DNA of 64,000 nucleotides, taken from positions 372,001 to 436,000 of the forward strand of contig CAJFCJ010000024.1 in the NCBI GenBank assembly GCA_904063045.1, given 5' to 3'. The stretch comes from Dimorphilus gyrociliatus. Lineage: Eukaryota; Animalia; Annelida. The notes beneath the pieces are model-generated. The model did no database searches, was not told the DNA's origin, and saw nothing but the letters and a program-made list of their open reading frames with translations. The translations under genes and the position numbers were made by a program. Shown here piece by piece: positions 54,001 to 64,000 of the stretch (positions within the stretch are counted from its first letter, which is position 1; every line of letters starts with the position of its first letter).

Positions 54001-57000
54001 ATCATCCGGAACAATCATAGTCTAGTCGGGTTTGTTCCGGTTAAAAAATTCGCTGTCTGTATATTTAAGTATATGTATACCGTTTATAAATGAAAAAGGG
54101 AAACGGCGTGGGAAAGATAGCGATTTTATGTTAACTAAGGCCTTTTTTGGCCTATAGAATAAGAAATTTCCAATGCTGTATAAACATTCCTGAGCGAATT
54201 ATTCGATTTCGCTAGAAAAATAGGAAATATTTCAATGATGAATTACCAGTTGACTTTTTAAAAAACATAAAATTCAAAGAAAAGCTTTAATACGTGAAAT
54301 CTATGGCTGTTAAAGATATAAACGAAATCGTCACTTGTAGAAGCCGGCGAGACGGCGTATTGATTTTTCCCTACATTTTCTTATAGACCTATATAGATCT
54401 AGACGGTTCAGTCTTAGCTTATAAAACCTATATACTTTTCTTTGGCTCAAGGTCATTACACTTTCGTCTAGATTTTTTTCTTTTTTGTCTGCAGGTTTTA
54501 ATATTAATTTCGATATCGCAAATTACCTTAGAGGCTAAATCAATTAAGCCTAACTAGCTTAATTTTAGCAAAAAATTTTCATGTAGCTAATATATAATTT
54601 AGTGTAAAAACTAATCAAACAGTTAAGTTTTTATAAAACCATTCATATGGACAAATTCTTTTATAGTTTGATTTTGTTATAACTCCTTATTCACTCAATT
54701 AATAATATTTCATTTTAATGAGATTGGGTTTTTATATTGTAAATTATCCGTATGTAAATAGAAATGCAAAAAAAAGAGAGGTTTGGAATGAGGTTTTTTC
54801 CTTTCTTCTTTTCTCTCACCTCCCCTGTATCGCTAACTCAATCGCCAACATATCTTTTTTCCCTATCCTTTCTAGTTTCCTACGAATAATCCACTGTCCA
54901 AAAAAATCTTTTTAAAAGAATAATTATGAATTTAGGCCACGATCTTGCTTTATATAAATCATATTATAGTTACATATGATAAAAGATTGTTTAACGAGAA
55001 ATGAAAAAGAAATTTATATGTAACCAGATGAATGTGCAATTATTTTCCGCATTATTCGACAATGATAAAAGTAGGTTGAATAGGTACAGTAATTATACAG
55101 GTAGTATACAGGCGACAAGACACTTTTTCATATATATATGCATATATATATATATAGTATTAAAAAACCAGACAGGAAAGAATTCCAGTGTTAAAAATAG
55201 AATGTAATATGGCGTTTAATTAATGAAGTTACATAAATTAGAGTTTCTTATAATTTTTATATACAGTATATATAGTATAAATATATATATATATATATAT
55301 TATAGTAAGAAAAATGCGTAGGCGATAAAGATGAAAATTCTTTTCTATTAAAAGCGTTTAAATGTTTACACTAGGCGTACACGTTTTAGCCACGTATATA
55401 GAAATTATCATTTATTAGTAAACGTATTTCTTGCTATTCGAATGTTAATTAGTAGTTCAGTTTATTCCAAATGAAAATTGTATATAGGAGTAATTATGTT
55501 TCAGAATTAATTCTGATCTTTTTTATGATATTTAAAGGAGAAGAATGAGTATTTTTTAAGGTTGAGTAGGTTTATTGTTAAAAACGATTTACCTTGAGCC
55601 CACTGAATACTTCTTGCGAAATAATCAAAAGTTAACGATTTGACGGCAGAAAACTAACCAATTATTTATTAACTTGTCATATTTCATGGATTCTGCTTAT
55701 ATATATTGCAGCAAACTATTTAAATATTAGTTGATTTTGAGTAAATTGAAATATAGGAGTGTATTAAGAGAATAGCCTTTTTCTAGTAGGTTTATTGTGT
55801 TCTATATTTTCAACTAGCTTGTTAAATTGGTGATAAACTTAACATTTTTATCTTCGTTCTTAAATATTAAGCGGTAATGGCTGTAGAACTTTATGTTTTA
55901 TCTGTAATAAAAACTAATAAAACTAAAGGTGAACTGAGCCGGTCATCTACACTATAAAAACTGGGTGGAATAGGATATACTGTAGGACGTTTAGAATGAA
56001 TCTTTTGCCGTTGCTAGGTACTAAGTTCCTTTCTATTGGAATTTGTTTAAAGAGCACTCGTAAATTGTTTTTCTTGAGCCGTGAACCCGTCTAAATTCTG
56101 GTTATAATAGTGCTTTATAAAAAGTAGGAGAATGACCCGTAAAAAACCGGCTACTAAACTCTGCTCGGTTTGCGTGTAATTCCTCCTTATATTACAAAGG
56201 CCTTGAGTTGTATTTGTTAAACAATGACCATTGTACATTGCGAATAGGCGTCGCTGGGTGTCAAATTCCAATTTTTCCTAAGGTCTCTGCTCTGAGATTA
56301 TTCGTGCCGAACGCAGTCCCAACGTGGATGAAAACCCTTCAGTTTTCTCTACACAGCTGTCTTCTTTATCCTTTTTATTTCATCCACAATCGAACTGTAT
56401 TGAACAAAAGGCCGCACGCAAAGCATTCGTAGGCGTATGATCTCAAATCAATAATACAGACACTGCTATAAACGTTGGTTTCCCGTGCAGATCGGGCGGA
56501 CACGAGTGGGTGGGAAGGGCGAAAGCAAAAATAAAAGGTTCAGCTTGAATTTGCCAAGATACAATGAAAAGGATATGAAAAATTTAACAGGGCAGATTAG
56601 ATATATAATCAAACATGATTAACGTGTTTGATTAAAATTTATACTGAATATATAGATATATAATAGTGTATAGATATATAATAGCATATATATATAGATA
56701 ATGTTACTCTGTCCTTAAGGGAATTCTGAGTCTTTTTTTCTAATTTGACTGTTAAGTCTCTAGGATACTAGTTATAATAAAAAGAATAAATACGTGAAAT
56801 ACTAGGCCATACGGTGGAATGAAGCCAGGTTTTTTTATAGTCGTGTAAGTTTTCGATCAGCCACCTCATTCCCGAGGTCCCTAATTCGTGCTCGTTGTCT
56901 CCTCTAAAGGCACAAATTAAGGTCTCAGGGAAGAGGTGAACCGTCAGTTATGCTAGATTTTCATTGTGGTCTTTTTCTAATCCTCTTTTTTCATTCCGCC

Positions 57001-60000
57001 TTTGAAAAATAGAAGAGAAAGAGTAAAAGAAAAAAATGTGAAAGACATTGACACACTTAAAATGTAAATTAAGAAGTAGAGGTTCAAAAAAAGAGATAAT
57101 TTCATCCTTTCAAATGAAAAGCTAGAGCTCTCGAAAAAATTGTACTGGTATAAATCTCTCTGGTGCTCTTTCACTAAATATCTAACTATCTCTCTATGTC
57201 TATCGTTGGCTAGCATACTCATTCTTCATATTTTCTAACGATGAGATGAATATCAGCACCGGATTCCCGCATTTACGAACTTGAATTAATCACAATTGTC
57301 TTGCAAGTTCGGATCTACGGGTTACAGGTGCCGATTAAATGAATCTTGATTAAAAGAATTCCATAGCATTTCTTATATTAGACGTTAACAGCGAGATATT
57401 AAAGTATAAACAAAATAAAAATAGATAAAATATATAAAGCAGTACGGTAGAAAAGTGAATCTGTCTGTTTCGTTCTTTTTTTATGCTCTCTCTCTCTCTC
57501 TTGCTTAATCTAATCCATCAATTTTGTACTTATTAACAGCGCCCAAGCCAAAAGAAATTCGAACGTTCAAGATGATTCTTGCGATACTTGCACTACAGAA
57601 ACCGACTCAGTGGCATCAAATAGAAGAGGTTAGTAGAAATTTAAAAACAGATTTTTTGTCGGGTTTTTTTGTGAAAAAAATATTTTTTACCTTCAAATCT
57701 TTTACTTTTTATTACCTTAAAACATACCAAACTTATCGTTAATATTAGGATAAGTTTCGAAGATATTTCAACGATTTTTCATCTTCTCCATTTTTTTAAT
57801 TGTCTCGTTTTTCTATATCCTCGACCTCCTCGTCTCGTTTCTGAAACGAATGAATGCAACCGTCTGCTCTCTGCCTGGGAATCGCCGGCTTAATAGCGAG
57901 ATTCCCGGTGACGTCAGCCATGGTTGGCGCTCTCGTCGAGGTCAACGAATTCTTTTTATAGAGTTCCCTATAATATATAAGCAACGCCATCTAGAATGTG
58001 GTTATACTAGGTTTTTAAATACAATATTTGTAGAGAAAATGTAATAATTAGATAGTCCAAACGTTCATATTTTTCTATTAATTAACTATTCTAGTGTACA
58101 GCGGTTGCAAACCTTCAATTTTTTTAAAATAAGCCATTTTAAAAGAAATCAATTACTTTAAAAAAACAAAAAATATAAAGAACTTTAGCAATAATTACAC
58201 ATATTTTTCATTTATAAAAAAATCGATTGCGTGTTAAGAATGTCTGCTTGATTTCGTGCCAAAAAAATGTTGCCCACACACATAATTTTCACCGGCCTAT
58301 TAAGTTTAAACAAAACTTGTCTGACTATACAGACTACTTACCTTTCTCCTTATCGCTTACTCGTTTTATTGATTGACTGCAAGGCAAAAATGTTCTTGTC
58401 TGCAGTCTTTCTTATTAATGGATAGAAAGGATGCTTCTTTTATATTTTACTTTATAATTTAATCATAAAAGGTTCCCTTTTTATCAACATTTATAAAAAT
58501 TCTGTCGTTTGGTAATATTCCATGTGATATCCCAAGTGACCAATCAATTTGATAAATATATCATGTGCAGGACATTTTATTAAGTGACTAAATTATATTA
58601 TTAATTTTATATGTGCCTTCTACTTGAACTGAAGCTATACGCATTCAAATCAATAGAAATATGAAAAAGAATTTATATATATATATATATATATAAATTA
58701 ATATATACATTAAACTATAAATTCAGTTTCAGCGTATGCGCCTTTAAAAATTGTACTGTAGGAAATAATTACTGCCTTGTCTAAAATATTTTTATTATCT
58801 TATCGATTTATATATGTAAAAGAGATATATTTGTTCAAATGTCTTATACATATAGACATATATATAAATAAGTGTATTTCTTATGAATATCCAATACTAT
58901 TAAAAATATGTCATCTCATCATTGAATAGGTAATATAGTTATGAACAAAAATATATTAAATATATATTTATTTTATATGAAATTACCTGGTTCACCTGCA
59001 TGGAAAATAATAACTAATAATTAATGTTAGTTAGGCTTGTATGGCTTCTATTCTCCAAAAAAAAAAATATTATCTTGATAATTTTCTATTATATAATTTA
59101 GAAATATCCATACGGTATAGAATTCTAAAAGCTATATATTTAAATATGTATGTGTGGTTTTTCAAAAAAAAGTAGAACGAGATATCGAACACAGATGTAA
59201 AGTACAGTACTTTCAGGAAGAGAACATTTTTTTTAGCAAGCTGACGAACTGTGTGTAGAATAAAAGATTTTTTGGTTAGATTACAGCAAAACCTTGACTA
59301 CTGTAAAAAAAAAAAACGAATATATATATATATATATATATATAGATCTCTCGTTTCTGTTGTTAATTGATATATAGAGAGTCTACCTTTAGTTTTAATT
59401 AATTATTTGCTTTCTTTCTTTATTTTATAGAGATTTGAGAGAAAAAAGTAATTAGTATCTTGTTTAAAATTTAATACAAATTTCATAAAAAATATGAATA
59501 GCGAGAAAGGAATATCTTTCATATCATGTCACTTAATTATTTAAACTTGTATAATAAATTACACGTTTATAGATAATTAATGAATTTCTGAACTAGTTTC
59601 AGTTTAATCAAATATTGAATGAACATCGTGGTAAAAATAGTCTGTAGTGGCATCTGGTTGAGAAATTATTTATTCAACCACAAGCTGATGTATTTAATAG
59701 TTTATTTCTTTTTAGGAATGGCAACTTTTTTAAAAAGGCCTAATTAGGGAGGAAAAGAATAATAGATAGATAGAAAGACCTTTATAATCTATCCATCTTA
59801 AGCTTTTTTTTACCGTCTTACCCTCCCCTTCTCTTTCTCTCTAAGGAAGTTTTAGACATCGCGTGCGCCTATCTCCATTTTCAGAATGTCGCTGCGGGCT
59901 ATTTGTGCGTGTTGGAACGATTTTTGCTTGTTAACCGAGTCCTTTTTGTTGAGTGACACTGACACCGGCGCACCCTATTTAAAAAACAGAAATATTTGGT

Positions 60001-63000
60001 TCTACAAACCATTTAAACGACAGAGTTTGAGTGATAATGGTCAAAGTACAAGTACAGTTGAGAAGTAGGAAATATAACGCAGACTTGTGCATTTGCTTAG
60101 TTTTACAGAAAAAGGAAGAAGCTGAAATTATTTTTATTGGTCCCTAAGATTTCTTTTGTATACTGTGCTTTCAATTTCATTATATTTTTACTTATAAACC
60201 TTTTTAGTGTTGTGATACCTTATTGTAAATTTACTTTTATTTTATCCTTTTACCAATCTCCTATTATTAATTCCCCATATTATTTTCGTATTTTTTTTTC
60301 ATTTATTACAGATAGAGGAGGTCCCCCAAGAGTGGCTGCTCAGAGGCATCGGGACGGTCATCACATGCATGATGGTATGTATCACTACCGTAGAAAATTG
60401 ACGCAAGGGTGGAAAACGTGCTAATTTCCAACTACAATATCCGTTTTTCTCTCCTATTTCCTCCCCTCCCTTCCCCTCCACAATTTCTAATTTTTTTTTA
60501 CGCTATGGTGAAGATTTCACTGCGATAATTGTCGTAAATTTATTTTGGAGAGGATAGAAAAGATCCCTTAACTACACTAGAAAGGCTGTCGTGCGAATAT
60601 CTCGTTTATACGGTCTCTTAAGTAAAGTATTCCCTTTTACACAGGAATTTTTCACTAATTTCGCAATTAAATTCTTTGTAACGAAAAAAAAAGATCAAAA
60701 GCCTACAGATGAACTAAACTCTGTAATTACTATAGAGAAACAGGCACGTTAGAAATTTTATCTCTAACTATATACTACATACAAATCTTGTACTTTAGTA
60801 TCTATATTGCTTGTAGAAAGAATTTAAGCATAGTTTACATATGAATTTTTAAATGTTTTAAAAGACAGAAAATACTATATTTTCTATATAATTGGTAATT
60901 AGAGGAAAATTTTATTCTATACTATGGATTTTGTACTTATCAATTGACGCAGAAGCAGGCACATATGACAATTGTCCCAAAGTAAAGTAGCTGCATTACC
61001 TAAATAGAATTCTATACTTTATTATTTTTTATTGTTAATATATAAAATATATTCTTTTCATAATTAGAAATAATTGATACAGAAAAAAAGTGTATATTAC
61101 ATTGATCTTCTTATATGAAGTGTAAAAATACTGATAATCTTTTACTTGGAAGATATTTTAAATATTTACTTTATATGTTATGGGGCGAAATTTATTTATT
61201 TATTTATTATGTTTTTGGATAGAAAAGAACCTCGTCTGGTTGGTTGTAGGCTGTGTTTTTTTTTCTTTTTACCTACAAACTATTTAAGTGTGTAGCAGAC
61301 TAATTGATTATAAATAATATGTTATAAATACTTTGGAGAGCATTTAATCATTAGTTTTTACTTTATTTTGGGGTTGAAGAAAAGCTCTTATCAATTTTCT
61401 GTCCGATAAAGATTGATTAACAAAAATTTCAATTTGCTTAAATGAAGAAATATGAAAAGAAAGGGAATTCGTATAAAGATAGTCAGGCGGGAGACGTCTG
61501 GCGGCGATAAACCGAAACTCATTATTTCGCTAATAGGCCGCTCATTTGGATACAGTCCCAGAACGGGACAAACTGCTGTAAAACTCTCACAAAATGCAGT
61601 TCTTTAAGCGCTTTTTGTGTTCGAAGATTGAAGTTAAAAATAATTCAACTTTTACTTGCGTAAATTGTGGAGTGTTGATGGAAGGAATCGTTGAGAAAAA
61701 GAAGGGATTATGTAAAATATTCGACTTGTTTAAAAGGAAGGACAAAGTTTATAGTATGTTTTTATAAAGAAAAGGCAACTAGTTCCTATATATAATATTT
61801 CACCTTTTCATATTTACTATACCCTTTTAATATTCACGTGCAATAAAGAAAATTCATTAGGAGAAGAGTATAAAAGAATAGAAATAACCAAAAAGTATTT
61901 TGTGTGGTAGTTTAAAATGTCAAAGAGAATTAACGGATATATCACTTTTTGATTTGTTTCGTAATCGAAGAAAATGGAATCTCTTTTTTCTAGTTGCTAT
62001 TCAGTCTCTATATAAAAAATTGAGGAATACTTAGGAAATGCATCGCTGAGAAGCGGAAAGGATTATGTAGATTATTCGATTTGTTTAGGAGGAATGCTAT
62101 TACAGAAGGACGAATTGGGGTTTCTTTTTTTTTTACATTGATAATATTTTCGTGAGTTTATGCTTAGAAGCTAAAATTGGTTTGTTAGTACTCTTTTCTA
62201 AAGTTAAATAAGGAATATTTCAGATATTCAGATCGCTTCTCCACCAAGAAATGTGGGAATTAATCATTTAGATTAGTGATCATGACTTTGTCATTTACTT
62301 CCTTTTTCGACTTCCAAAATGTCGAATATATCCGATCAATTTGACTTTGATAGACGTGTTTATTTTTTAAAGGAAAAGATTGTGTAGAAGGTTTTTGTGG
62401 AAAGTTTCAGAATGGCTACAATTCTGATAGTCACAATTAATACTGTTTAAGAATCTCCGTATACCATTAATGTCAACTTAATTTATTAAAAAAATTCGTC
62501 CTTAGCAACGCTTCTAATTGTTGACTTGTTTTTTTTTAGTTATACGAATTAATGGACATAATAAGTTACCAAAACCTCATGGATTTGATGCTACCTCTAG
62601 TATATTGAGTTCAGACTTAGAAACGACGAGTTTTGTTGATTCAGAAGATGATGCCTACAGTCGGTTCTCTTCGGCCACTGATACAACGTGTTCAGCGTAC
62701 ATGCAACGATATCGCCAAAGGCGTCGACGGCGTCATCGACCGCCACCAATTAGTCGAGCCTCCTCCTTCTCGTCCATTACCGATTCAACTATGTCCCTTA
62801 ACATAATTACCGTCACTTTGAATATGGGTAAGTTTTTTTTTTTACAGCCAAGTTTATGTTGTTGTAAAGTGATCAAGATTGGGAGATGGCCAGTATTGAT
62901 CGGAAGCTTGGTGTCCGGGGGGTGTTTTTTAATTTCCTCTCTTAACGAAAATATCGATGAAAGCGTCAACCTTTCTTTTCCAATTTACTACAGATACCAT

Positions 63001-63689
63001 CAACTTCCTTGGAATAAGTATAGTTGGACAGAGTAATAAAACAGGAGATGGTGGTATATATGTTGGCTCAATTATGAAAGGAGGAGCCGTAGCTCAAGAT
63101 GGGCGAATTGAACCTGGTGATATGATATTGGAAGTCAACGGTGTCAGTTTTGAGAATATGAGTAACGACGATGCTGTTCGTACTCTTAGGGAATCCGTAC
63201 TCAAACCTGGACCTATAACGCTAGTCGTGGCTAAATGCTGGGATCCCAATCCAAAAGGTTACTTTACAGTACCCAGACAAGAACCTGTCCGGCCAATAGA
63301 TCCTGGTGCATGGATAGCACATACTACAAATGCTCTCCAGGGACGATATACTAGTACATCTTCCATGACATCGTCGAATCCCGATTCCGAACGGTCAATT
63401 CAGAATCTCACAGCAGATGCTGATATGACAACTGTAGTTAGAGCTATGGCCCAGCCTGATTCTGGTTTAGATATCAGAGATAGACAATGGCTAAAAATAA
63501 CAATACCTAACGCTTTTATCGGTTCAGACCTAGTCGATTGGCTGAATACGCATGTTGAGGGATTCGCAAGTAAGAAAGATGCTAGGAAATATGCTTGCAA
63601 CTTGCTTAAAGCAGGTTATATAAGGCATACAGTAAATAAATTAACGTTTTCGGAGCAGTGCTATTATGTATTTGGAGATATTTGTGGAG
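51051..63689 (+). CDS. dsh: Dishevelled (DIX-PDZ-DEP), C-terminal exon(s) beyond window
   Basis: Exons 51051-51214 ([16 protein letters not shown]), 52507-52576, 52976-53088, 57540-57628, 60312-60374, 62540-62827 ([31 protein letters not shown]) and 62994-63689 ([34 protein letters not shown]...[12 protein letters not shown]), all in phase. Confidence 0.97.
56862..56938 (-). ncRNA. mir-125: miR-125 family precursor hairpin
   Basis: Minus strand 56931-56910 reads UCCCUGAGACCUUAAUUUGUGC, 19/22 identical to canonical UCCCUGAGACCCUAACUUGUGA with the seed intact. The 3' arm CACGAAUUAGGGACCUCGGGA and a basal stem CACCUC/GAGGUG are present. Confidence 0.9.
57252..57335 (-). ncRNA. mir-100: miR-100 precursor hairpin
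   Basis: Minus strand 57323-57302 reads AACCCGUAGAUCCGAACUUGCA, with the first 20 nt identical to canonical miR-100. The gapless stem has 23 Watson-Crick plus 2 G-U pairs over 32 positions, a loop of about 20 nt, and a 3' arm CAAGUUCGUAAAUGCGGGAAUC. Confidence 0.95.
57850..58000. promoter_or_regulatory. GC-rich regulatory island in Dishevelled intron 4 (candidate pri-miRNA promoter)
   Basis: Perfect CRE TGACGTCA at 57909-57916 and ACGCCATCTAG (CTCF-like) at 57984-57994, about 570-660 nt upstream of miR-100 in minus orientation. Confidence 0.4.
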
Positions 63690-64000
63690 GTTTGTAAAAT
63701 TATTATTAGCATTCATTATTCATATATAAGGGATATAGGATATTAGATGGGCATCTTTTACTTGATTTCTGAACATTTTCTATTTATTGATATTTTTTTT
63801 GCCATTTAATTAATTGTTCTTTCGATTTCATCTTTACTAGAATGTGATGAAATCGTAAAGAAAGAGAAAGCACATATCTCATATATATATATTTATATAA
63901 GATATATTTCATTCATTCATTAAACATTAATATCTTTTATGATTTTAGTTTCCATATTTTATTCTACCCAATTTATATCTTAATATATAAACATAATATC

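Noticed and set aside
57049-57064. TGAAAGACAT resembling the 5' end of miR-71
   Set aside because: Only about 10 nt match and there is no hairpin.
58323-58345. let-7-like string on the minus strand (AAAGGTAAGTAGTCTGTATAGTC)
   Set aside because: The seed is not UGAGGUAG, no complementary 3' arm follows, and it lies on the wrong side of miR-100. It reads better as a splice donor (AAAG|GTAAGT), possibly of the miRNA host transcript.
62232-62241. ATCGCTTCTC resembling the 5' end of U2 snRNA
   Set aside because: The match stops after 10 nt and there is no branch-site recognition sequence or Sm site.
63690-63697. Stop codon ending the Dishevelled ORF at 63697
   Set aside because: A donor (G|GTTTGT) follows FGDICG and the conserved Dishevelled C-terminus is missing, so the gene most likely continues past the window rather than being truncated.

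Overview
AT-rich, very gene-dense animal genomic DNA with mostly short GT-AG introns (about 16 protein-coding genes in 64 kb). A compact lophotrochozoan, annelid-like genome is my inference, not something the sequence shows. Gene models were spliced by hand and phase-checked. In order: three-domain flagellar-type creatine kinase with MGC acylation leader (-, runs off window start); HUS1 (+); a compact PET/2xLIM/CAAX Prickle (+); SURF6 (-); Rap1 (+); MFSD4-like transporter (+); divergent caveolin (-); p38 MAPK (+); UBE2N (-); VGLL4/Tgi (-); a divergent BAF-like gene absent from the ORF track (-); nAChR alpha-type subunit (-); calmodulin-like protein (-); secreted protein with six FAMeT domains (-); opsin-like GPCR (-); Dishevelled (+, runs off window end). 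Most striking observations: (1) p38 has a tandem duplicated exon pair only 19 nt apart, apparently mutually exclusive, that swaps the gatekeeper/hinge/docking segment; (2) miR-100 and miR-125 hairpins lie antisense inside Dishevelled intron 3 with no let-7 between them; (3) the opsin-like receptor has Asn at the retinal-binding Lys296 position and Gln at the Glu181 position. No tRNA, rRNA, CRISPR array or transposase was recognised.
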